Source: Acidobacteriota bacterium
GTDB taxonomy: Bacteria > Acidobacteriota > Aminicenantia > UBA2199
Assembly: GCA_030837085.1 (NCBI GenBank)
Contig: JAUPLE010000104.1
Coordinates: 1 to 44,850, forward strand
DNA: 44,850 nt
Direction of reading: 5' to 3'
Numbering within the stretch: the first letter of the stretch is position 1; each line of letters starts with the position of its first letter. Below the pieces are notes generated by a model. That model saw only the letters and a list, made by a program, of their open reading frames with translations. It searched no databases and had not been told where the DNA came from. The position numbers and the translations under genes were made by a program. Below, piece by piece: positions 37,701 through 43,820 of the stretch.

Positions 37701-39564
37701 TCGGCTTAACCGCAATATTTAAATTATCGGTCCCATAAGCATTCAGGTTTTCCAGGTCGTAAATAATTTCCCTTACCCCCGGCGCAGCAATCGATTCCAC
37801 GAAACTGTGCTTCAATAAAAATCCAGCCTCACTATCTTGGAGAATAAACCCATTCCGCTCCACCGGGTAAGAAATATCCAGCGGAATACACGCTGCCCCA
37901 GCTTTTAATATCCCCAACAAACCTACGATCATTTCAATGGAACGGGGCATCAACAGGACCACCCGGCATCCCCCAGATACACCGTAGGCCTTTAATAGAT
38001 GGGCCAGACGGTTGGCGCTTTCATTCAATTCTTGATAAGATAACCAACGGTCCCCAAATTGCACCGCCCGGTTCCCCGGAATCCGCGCCGCCTGCTTTTC
38101 AATTTCGCCATGGATCGTTTTATTTAATTCAAACTCAATGCCGGGATCATTAAATTCACAAAGAATTTGCTGTACCTCTACTTCCGATAATACCTCGACT
38201 TCTGCAATCTTTGCTTTTGGGTCTGAGGTTATACCGGCCAGGATATTCAAGTAATGACCGGCCAACCGCTGGATGGTCCCGGTCTCGAACACATCTGCAT
38301 TATAATGGAAATCCACTTTCACAACACCGGTATCCGTACCCGGCAGCATAATCTGAAGCGTCAAATCGAATTCGGTCATTTCAAAAGTTTCATAAGACTT
38401 TATGGCCAAACCAACGCTGTCGCTTGCACTGGCGCCGGTCCGATCAGAAACGTCGGAAACTGGAAACGGATAATTATCTATCACAAAAATCGAATCGAAT
38501 AAATGACTTTCCTTACCCATGCCGGTCCATTGCCCGATATCCGTTAACGGGGTGTGCTCATGACTGCTTCTTTCTTTTAAATGGGCGCCGACTTCCGCCA
38601 GTACCTCAAAAACCGAATGTTCCCCGGTTGTTTTTAGTCTGAAAGGAATCGTATTGATAAACAATCCCACCATGGAATCAATGCCTTTAATTCCCGGGAT
38701 ACGACCCGACACCGTCGTACCGAAAATAATATCATCGCTATTATTGTATTTTTGCAGCAAAATCCCCCAGGCCGCATATAAAATCGCTGCCAGCGTCGTA
38801 TTATTCAACTGGGCAAACTCATCCACGCGCTTTTTAAAAGCTGGGGCCAATTCCTCCCTAACCGTTTGAACGCGAAGAATATCTTCGGTCTTATTTTTAT
38901 CATAAGGTAACAACGTCCTCGTATCGAAACCGGCCAGGTAATTTTTCCAGAAGTCTTCATGTTTAGCTTTATTTTGCACCCGGTCGTTTTGATACCATTT
39001 AATAAATTCTTTATATTTTGTTTTTTCGATATTTTCAGGCGTTTCCCCAACGACCAGACGGTTATACGCTCCCAGGAACTCTTTTAATACGATCCCATTG
39101 CTCCAACCGTCATATATAATATGATGAAAAGTTATAAGCATTTCACTCTCATCATCTCCCGCCAATGACAGGGTAATTCGCAGTGGGTTGCATGTCAAAT
39201 CAATGGCTTCGTTTTTGTCATCCATTACGATTTTATCCAACACAGCCTGGATCGCGTCTTTCTTCTCCCCGGTTAAATCAAATACGCGGATAGGTATTCC
39301 CTTATCCTTTAAGACAATTTGCACCGGTTCTTCCAATTGCTCCCAACGAATTACCGAACGCAGCATTTCACTGACTTGAGCGACTGCAGCCCATGCTTCT
39401 TCAAAACGCCGGATATCTATTTTACCGATAAGTTTGAATCTGAATTGCTCAAAATATTGCCGGGAACCGGGATTCGCTAAGTAATGAAACAACATGCCTT
39501 CCTGCATGGCAGTCAGGCCCATTATATCCTCGACGTTTCGTTTATCGATTTTGGAATGATCCAT
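31735..39564 (-). CDS. Hybrid NRPS-PKS, 2609 aa: C-A(no Asp235)-T-KS-AT-KR-T
   Basis: HHIIYDG, YTSGSTGKPKG, GGHSL; KS QSACSTS/HGTGT/NIGH; AT GHSIG/HAFH; KR TGGLGRIG and YSAAN; terminal GGHSL. Confidence 0.95.
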   Translation of the reverse strand: MDHSKIDKRNVEDIMGLTAMQEGMLFHYLANPGSRQYFEQFRFKLIGKIDIRRFEEAWAAVAQVSEMLRSVIRWEQLEEPVQIVLKDKGIPIRVFDLTGEKKDAIQAVLDKIVMDDKNEAIDLTCNPLRITLSLAGDDESEMLITFHHIIYDGWSNGIVLKEFLGAYNRLVVGETPENIEKTKYKEFIKWYQNDRVQNKAKHEDFWKNYLAGFDTRTLLPYDKNKTEDILRVQTVREELAPAFKKRVDEFAQLNNTTLAAILYAAWGILLQKYNNSDDIIFGTTVSGRIPGIKGIDSMVGLFINTIPFRLKTTGEHSVFEVLAEVGAHLKERSSHEHTPLTDIGQWTGMGKESHLFDSIFVIDNYPFPVSDVSDRTGASASDSVGLAIKSYETFEMTEFDLTLQIMLPGTDTGVVKVDFHYNADVFETGTIQRLAGHYLNILAGITSDPKAKIAEVEVLSEVEVQQILCEFNDPGIEFELNKTIHGEIEKQAARIPGNRAVQFGDRWLSYQELNESANRLAHLLKAYGVSGGCRVVLLMPRSIEMIVGLLGILKAGAACIPLDISYPVERNGFILQDSEAGFLLKHSFVESIAAPGVREIIYDLENLNAYGTDNLNIAVKPMDLAYIIYTSGSTGKPKGALLHHSGIVNHTYTKIGVLGITEADTVANNFSINVIAAVWQVLAPLFMGARLVVYTDEVEWDPYLQFQVVEADGVTVIELIPPVLKTYLFLLDEGKEKIKLEKLRKIALTSEETKPFVVNKFYEKYIGIDLVDCYGQTECSDDIMHYTIPVDTDTRKVPIGRPSLNTNVFILNHHYQLQPVGVVGEICAIGAGVCYGYWKRAEMTAEKFIKSFRKSRNPFSKGFLAAGGTLYKTGDLGKWMPDGRVEFLGRIDHQVKIRGNRVELREIENHVLRYSGIKEAAVVAREDREGEKNLYAFFVSSGEVPVSEIRQYLLKTLPDYMVPAHFMPLASLPLTPNGKIDRKALVSMEVDGNIGIGEAYLPPRSEYESKIQEIWKELLEKEKIGVDDNFFDLGGHSLLLIKLKSKLEKNFKLKRAISVVELFRYPTIARQAAFIEGNVTGKADAEVKKEEAKETQETRLGSRDIAVIGIAMRVPGATGIDEFWRNIINGVESITFFQEDELESSEAYQVIKGSSKLIAAGGVMGDIDLFDADFFGYHPREAELMDPQQRIFLEYAWKALEDAGYMGETYPGSIGVYAGVGWNTYLLNNVLKNPGVIKTQGEFQTMIGNDKDFLTTRVSYKLNLKGPSVAIQSACSTSLTAVHLARQALLAHDCDIALSGGIAVKIPEKTGYFYTEGGHLSPDGHCRPFDAAAKGTVFGNGVGIVVLKRLSEAVKDNDHIYAVIKGSAINNDGSLKVGFHSPGESGQADVVLKALQESRIQPHTIGYVETHGTGTVLGDPVEISALIRAYGSAGSGKQYCALGSVKANIGHLDVAAGVIGLIKAVLCLKYKQIPPSINVTEPNPLIGFADSPFYVNLKLRDWPDSETPRRAAASSLGIGGTNAHVILEEYLGGSVEGSGVKQYELILLSAKTQTALEQQARNLADYLRKNTLSINMADAVYTLHVGRARFHYRQMFVCSNKDEAIEALTNSEKREIFFSEPGSRPVIFMFPGQGSQYVDMGLYLYQNVPVFRREMDHCFEILQPIIDYDIKTILYPSLDGNRDNKSYRSNKTDIIDQTEITQPVIFTIEYALAKLLMNWGVKPHAMIGHSIGEYTAACLSGVLTLEDTLKLVVARGKLMQKMPPGAMLSVPILEKDLLTILEENSKNSDAAELSLAAVNSSNLCTVSGPHDAVYSFEKLLKLKGYDSTLLHTSHAFHSPMMNPILKEFEETAKRVRLNPPQIPYISNLTGDWITEKETTSPTYWANHLRQTVRFADGIRKLLEITVPIFIEVGPGRTASTFVKQHLGTDKNDGTVIIDLVRHPKKQISDSYYLLNSIGQLWLHGVEIDWKEFHAGQERHRVPLPTYPFAKNSYWLQPGNDATVDKEIIEEGKKKIEDWFYIPTWKQTAPSFLDRQEIEKNLAQPKCWLFFLTTQEQLIPLLKEKGQHIITVTIGAQFARTGEDAYEINPGCPNDYNALLEDIVNHDKTIDKIVHFWTKSELSDILLERGIYSLLYLVKALGKQSLFNLIEFWIISDHMFKIESGDTISPLKETIPGPCKVISQEYPNIICRNLEIDTSTEILHNLFLELNVSPPDRVIAYRGNTRWVQSHEPIKLGNYPGIPIKLRQNGVYLITGGLGRIGFTFAHYLAQTVHAKLILTDRRYLTGDPRIKSLEETGAEVQVIEADVSVKEQMVHARRLVEARFGDIHGIIHTAGVMSDEHFKPISQLDKETCEIHFGPKIYGANVIADVFKDKTLDFCILTSSLSAVLGGIGLYAYSAANSFMDALAREQSQVYGNNWISINWDEWQRDRSPGCIRNTASITSEEGKEALQRVLSMNSPGTPQVVISCRSLDKRLRQWVLPVSAPVSSTGVQDESAGAKSAVHKRPQLQNIYEEPQTDAEKIAAEIWEQLLGIAPVGVQDDFFALGGHSLLATKLIARMREVFRIDLPLNILFDKPTIREIVGHVVDTWGDAETVEEIARTYREVFSN
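34486..34524. repeat. 9-bp tandem array (ATAGGACCT family), in frame in the PKS AT domain
   Basis: ATCGGTCTT ATTGGACCT ATAGGACTT ATTATCCCT ATT; encodes NRDNKSYRSNKTD. Confidence 0.8.
36961..37015. repeat. 55-bp palindromic element, copy 2, in frame in the hybrid NRPS-PKS A domain
   Basis: GCCTCCGGCGG + arm CCAGAAACCCTTTT + GA + perfect arm AAAAGGGTTTCTGG + ACTTCCTAAAACTT. Confidence 0.9.
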
Positions 39565-39580
39565 TTGATATGATCGTTAA

Positions 39581-39620
39581 TAATTATTAATTGTCAATTG
39601 TTAATTATTAATTGTTAATT
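39581..39620. repeat. Intergenic 7-bp tandem array (YAATTRT)
   Basis: TAATTAT TAATTGT CAATTGT TAATTAT TAATTGT TAATT. Confidence 0.88.
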
Positions 39621-40780
39621 TAGGAATTGAAAAAATCTACCAGGCGATCGATGCCCTCCATATAACGGTGACAGGAAAAGGAAAGCCTCAGCATATGGGG
39701 GAGCCCGAAATCCGAACCCGGGACTGTTGCCACATGAATACTCTTCATTATTTGGATGGCCAGGTCCAGGCTAGTAGAATATCCCTTCGCAGTCATGAAT
39801 TTTTCACAATCCAGGGTAAGATAAAAACTCCCCTGTGAAGGCAAAGCCCTGATACCGTTATTCTTTCCGAATTTCTCCAGGGTATAATCCCGCCGGCTTT
39901 TATACAGTGTGCGAATATGTTCCACTTCATCCTGGAAATCCAGTGCCCTCGCGGCGCCGAACTGGCAGATGGGATCGGCGGTCAACAGGGTATGATGCTG
40001 GATAACCGTCATGGGCGTCACCAATTCGTCAGGTACAATACACCACCCCACCCGCCGGCTGTACATCCGGTAAGCCTTAGAAAAACTATTGGTGGTAATA
40101 AATATGGTTTTGGATCCTCTCATTTCCATCACGGAAGGACTTTGTTCATCAAAACAAACATTGTCATAGACTTCATCATTGATAATAGGGGCTTGCCCGT
40201 TTACCACGGAATCCATAAAATCCAACTCCTCACGGGTAAGAATATTTCCCAACGGATTGCCCGGGCTATTAATCACCACCAACCTGGTCTTAGTGGTAAA
40301 ATTCTCTTTAAATGATTCCTTATCCAATCGCAGAGTATCCAGGTCAATCTTATAGTACCTAATTTTAGCCTGGGACAACAGGGCTGAAAAATGGTACAAG
40401 GAATAATATGGAAGCGGAAGCAGCACTTCATCGCCTTTCTCCAGGAACAGGTAGAACAAATTCCTGAAAATAGTACTGGTGCCTACGCTAATAATAATGT
40501 TCCCAGGATTGATATCCAGGCTGTGTTTTTTTTTGTAGTACTCAGCCAGTTTCTCTTTTAACTCCGGTAAGCCGCCTGGAAACACCAATGCGCTTTTCTT
40601 AAAATCTTTCATCGCATCGATAATGGCTTGAATGATATCCGTGTGTAACGGTAATTCCGATTTCCCTAAGGTTAATCGAAGGGCATCCTTGCCCTCCTTT
40701 TCATAATCATAAGCCATTTGATCCAGTACAAACATTAAAAAACGTTCATCAAAATAGTTAATTCCTCGGTTTACTATCAT
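39620..40780 (-). CDS. PLP-dependent aminotransferase class I/II (fold type I)
   Basis: INSPGNPLG, DEVY, SFSKAY (PLP Lys) and VPGSDFG...LRLSF motifs. Confidence 0.9.
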   Translation of the reverse strand: MIVNRGINYFDERFLMFVLDQMAYDYEKEGKDALRLTLGKSELPLHTDIIQAIIDAMKDFKKSALVFPGGLPELKEKLAEYYKKKHSLDINPGNIIISVGTSTIFRNLFYLFLEKGDEVLLPLPYYSLYHFSALLSQAKIRYYKIDLDTLRLDKESFKENFTTKTRLVVINSPGNPLGNILTREELDFMDSVVNGQAPIINDEVYDNVCFDEQSPSVMEMRGSKTIFITTNSFSKAYRMYSRRVGWCIVPDELVTPMTVIQHHTLLTADPICQFGAARALDFQDEVEHIRTLYKSRRDYTLEKFGKNNGIRALPSQGSFYLTLDCEKFMTAKGYSTSLDLAIQIMKSIHVATVPGSDFGLPHMLRLSFSCHRYMEGIDRLVDFFNS

Positions 40781-40809
40781 GGGTTTTGCCTCTTTCTTTT
40801 TTATTTTAG

Positions 40810-40823
40810 CCCGCCATGGCGGG
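40810..40823. repeat. Perfect 14-bp intergenic palindrome
   Basis: CCCGCCATGGCGGG, GC-rich within an AT-rich spacer. Confidence 0.7.
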
Positions 40824-40859
40824 ATGTTTAATTTGTAAGGTTCTAATTGTTCAATGTAT

Positions 40860-42074
40860 CTATTTTACAGAATCCAGGTTGACGCTGAAATAGTCGGCAA
40901 AATAGTTGATCTGCAGCAGATCATGGAGAAAAACATCGCAAACATCTTCACCGAATGTTTTTATATAAGCGGGGGCCATGCCTATCAATTTCTTTTTCTC
41001 AGCATCGGTTATCGTCTCTTCTTTAATCTTATTTTCAGCCACATAGAGAACTGTGTCCCGGTATTCCGACATCAGTTGTTCGATCAATCCTTTATCCAGT
41101 ACGTCGGCGGTATTGTCGGCATTTAGGCTGCGCTGCATCAAATTGGGGTAACCCTTTCTAATTTCAGTGGCATAATGCCTGATGTATGATACACAGTCGA
41201 ACCGTTTTATACTGAAATATGAGAAGAAAGGGGTAGCAGAACAATTGGTATATATGGACCGGAACTTCTTACTTTGGAGTCCCAGCGATTCGATTTGCTT
41301 AAAATTTTCACGATAATCGTAGTCCATAACTGAGAAGGGTGAAATAACAGTGGGATATGCCCCTTGAATAACTTCGGCTTCGCTATAATCATAAATACTA
41401 CCTTTATATTCTTCCCCCAGGGCGTCAATCACCAGATCATGTACTTTGTTATAGGGTTTTTTACCTTGCCGGGCATCCTGCTTGATTTTTTCGCTCTGCC
41501 AGAAAGTAGCTTCACCTAGCTGGGAATTATCGCTCCCTTCAAGAATAACAGGGATATCCAGTTTCATGGCATAGCGAATTGGCAGCCAGTGGTGGAAAAA
41601 GCCACAGGCATCACAGCCGAAAAATTCACCCAGCCCGTATTCCCGGCCCTTCAGAATTGCATGCCTAATCACTTTTTTATAAACATTTTCATCCGGAAAT
41701 ATTTTGACCAGGTCTACGTTCAATTTGTTAGCCACACTTTCCATATTTTTCGCTGCAATATCATTAACCAGCGGGTGGATAACCGAGATGGCCAAAGGAT
41801 TCAGACCGTATTTTTCCCGGGCCATTTTTAACAGGATAGTACTGTCTTTTCCCCCGCTGAATAGCACCATTACGTCATAAAGTCGCTTTTGTTTTTTCAA
41901 CGATTTAAACAGGTTTTCCATTTCTTCCAGCAGGTACTTTTTAATTTTCGGTTCATGCTGCTGGAATTTTTTATGATGCTCGCATACCGAACATACCCCC
42001 TCATCATTGACGGTTATACCCGGTACTTTCGCATGCAATACACATATCTGGCACGATTTAAAGATTTCACTCAT
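40860..42074 (-). CDS. PP-loop (N-type ATP pyrophosphatase) protein, N-acetyl-sugar-amidotransferase-like
   Basis: N-terminal CQIC...GVCSVC, YDVMVLFSGGKDS PP-loop and a further CDAC. RBS GAGGAG at 42081-42086. Confidence 0.8.
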   Translation of the reverse strand: MSEIFKSCQICVLHAKVPGITVNDEGVCSVCEHHKKFQQHEPKIKKYLLEEMENLFKSLKKQKRLYDVMVLFSGGKDSTILLKMAREKYGLNPLAISVIHPLVNDIAAKNMESVANKLNVDLVKIFPDENVYKKVIRHAILKGREYGLGEFFGCDACGFFHHWLPIRYAMKLDIPVILEGSDNSQLGEATFWQSEKIKQDARQGKKPYNKVHDLVIDALGEEYKGSIYDYSEAEVIQGAYPTVISPFSVMDYDYRENFKQIESLGLQSKKFRSIYTNCSATPFFSYFSIKRFDCVSYIRHYATEIRKGYPNLMQRSLNADNTADVLDKGLIEQLMSEYRDTVLYVAENKIKEETITDAEKKKLIGMAPAYIKTFGEDVCDVFLHDLLQINYFADYFSVNLDSVK

Positions 42075-42518
42075 CGATTTCTCCTCTTTAATTTGATTTT
42101 TTTGATAAGCTTCCGCCCTTGGAAGATGAGCTCTGCATTTAAAATTTAATCTACCCCGCGAGGGGTTTAATCATGCTCCCGCATTGTTTTCTGAGTACAT
42201 TCGAGAGCCCTTTTATTGACCACCAAGTACTTTTTCGTGTTAAAAAAAGCCTAAGTAAAAGAAATACCAAATACTAACTGGTTTTTCAATCCTCAAAATC
42301 GTTGCATTTACTTATTAATGAAGCAAAAAGATTATAAATTACAGTTTATTGAATATAAATACATTTTTAAAAAAAATTTTTTAACTTAATTTCAAATGGT
42401 CTTTTTGAGATAAGAAATTAAAAATACCAGGAAGAAAAGGTCATTTGATAATCGTTTGAAATCTTAACGTTTACTTGACTGTCCTAGCAAGGGTCTAGCA
42501 ACAATTATTGTTAAATAG
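42075..42518 (-). promoter_or_regulatory. AT-rich promoter/leader region upstream of the cluster
   Basis: 444-bp gap with no credible ORF, directly 5' of the first cluster gene. It contains hairpins (42110-42125, 42153-42166) and a CTAGCAA direct repeat. Exact -10/-35 boxes were not assigned. Confidence 0.55.
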
Positions 42519-43340
42519 CTATTCTTTCCTATTCTCTTCTTCCTTTTCTTTGCCCAGGAGTTTTTTTAATTCTTTGAGGTTTTTTACTGCGCTGCCTTTG
42601 TAATGGTTGTTGCCGGAAATAAAAATTTTCTTGGCCAGTTGGGCCAACTTCTTGATGGTCTCGGCTATTTGATTTAATTCCAACGCCTGGTAATCGTAAT
42701 TATACCTGGCATCTCTCCCTTCATCGGAAAACCATGTCTGATAATTCCTGCCGTGCAAGCGCACATAAGAAACTCTCTCATTGGTGGCCACGGCGGTTAA
42801 GGGCAGGGACTGCGAAATCACGGGCTGATCGATATTTACCCAGATCATATGATTTTCACGAAGCGCGGCAAATACCTCCTCCCGGTTCCAGGAGTTATGC
42901 CGGAACTCGATAGCCAATTGAAACTCGCCAAATGCCCTGGGCAGCGTGAGAAGGTAATTGAGATTATCGGAATTCAATTTAAAGGAGTAGGGAAACTGCG
43001 CTAGTAGGCCTTCCAGTTTCGAGGCTTTAACCAGCGGTTCCAGGGATTTTTTAAAAGGTTCCACTTCATCTTTTACCAGCGTCAACTGGTGGGTAAAATT
43101 TTGATAAGCCTTAACCCAGAATTTAAAGTGTTCATGGTCCTGGGTTTTTTGCACCCAGCCGGAAGTGAGTTTTTGGGAAGGGATGTGGTAGAAGGAGGTA
43201 TTGACTTCCACGAAATCAAAGGTTTCCGCCAGGAAGCGCAGGGCGTCGAAGTTTTTCGGTTTTTCCTCCGGGTAGACCGTACCGTGCCAGTCTTTGTAAC
43301 TCCAGCCGGCGGGACCGAAAAGATACTGCCCTTCAATCAT
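42519..43340 (-). CDS. DUF72 (YecE-like) protein
   Basis: GPAGWSYKDW, VEVNTSFY, QFPYSF, EFRHNSW, YVRLHGRN and NNHYKG motifs. Confidence 0.93.
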   Translation of the reverse strand: MIEGQYLFGPAGWSYKDWHGTVYPEEKPKNFDALRFLAETFDFVEVNTSFYHIPSQKLTSGWVQKTQDHEHFKFWVKAYQNFTHQLTLVKDEVEPFKKSLEPLVKASKLEGLLAQFPYSFKLNSDNLNYLLTLPRAFGEFQLAIEFRHNSWNREEVFAALRENHMIWVNIDQPVISQSLPLTAVATNERVSYVRLHGRNYQTWFSDEGRDARYNYDYQALELNQIAETIKKLAQLAKKIFISGNNHYKGSAVKNLKELKKLLGKEKEEENRKE

Positions 43341-43355
43341 CCGGCAATCTCCATT

Positions 43356-43382
43356 TTCCGTGTCTTTCCGTGTGTTCCGTGG
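43356..43382. repeat. Intergenic TTCCGTG x3 array
   Basis: TTCCGTGTCT TTCCGTGTG TTCCGTGG. Confidence 0.8.
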
Positions 43383-43392
43383 GCAGTTTGTT

Positions 43393-43785
43393 CTACGAGG
43401 TTGTAATATTAAACTCCGGCGGATTTTCCATATGTTTTTTAACGGCGCACAGGTCGGCCGATTGAATTACGGCGTTTTTGTATTTTTCCGGGAAAGAGGG
43501 CGGTAATTTTATCTCCAAATTCACTTTTGCCACCATCCGGGTTTCCGGGTCCACTTCGAGGCTCTGAATCAGTTCGATCCCCTGGGTATCGATGCCCCGG
43601 TTCCGGCAGAATTCCTGTACATAAAACCCGGCGCAGTTCCCCAGGGAAGCCAGGAAAAGCTCAAAAGGAGAAGGCGCGCTGCCCTCTCCACCGGCATAGG
43701 TGGGTTGATCCGTCTTGTGGGTAAATCCTTTATAATCAGCGTAAACTTTTTTTCCTCCGGGAAAGTAAATCCTCATATCATTCAT
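43393..43785 (-). CDS. OsmC family protein
   Basis: TDQP..GGEGSAPSPFELFLASLGNC ... CAVKK two-Cys pattern. GGAG at 43793-43796 favours the ATG at 43785. Confidence 0.9.
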   Translation of the reverse strand: MNDMRIYFPGGKKVYADYKGFTHKTDQPTYAGGEGSAPSPFELFLASLGNCAGFYVQEFCRNRGIDTQGIELIQSLEVDPETRMVAKVNLEIKLPPSFPEKYKNAVIQSADLCAVKKHMENPPEFNITTS

Positions 43786-43820
43786 TATCAAACTCCTTAT
43801 TTTGTATTTCTTTTATTTCT

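Larger units (their letters stand above)
1045..42074 (-). other. Hybrid NRPS/type I PKS biosynthetic gene cluster (9 co-oriented genes, 8 A domains, 2 KS, 1 TE)
   Basis: Contiguous minus-strand genes with 19-180 bp gaps and RBS-like GGAG/GAGG before most starts. Housekeeping-type genes flank both sides. Confidence 0.93.

Noticed and set aside
1403-41831. Dozens of 60-142 aa ORFs antisense to or nested in the cluster genes, some repeated
   Set aside because: They are shadows of long CDSs, and the repeats simply mirror duplicated modules. No independent motifs were seen.
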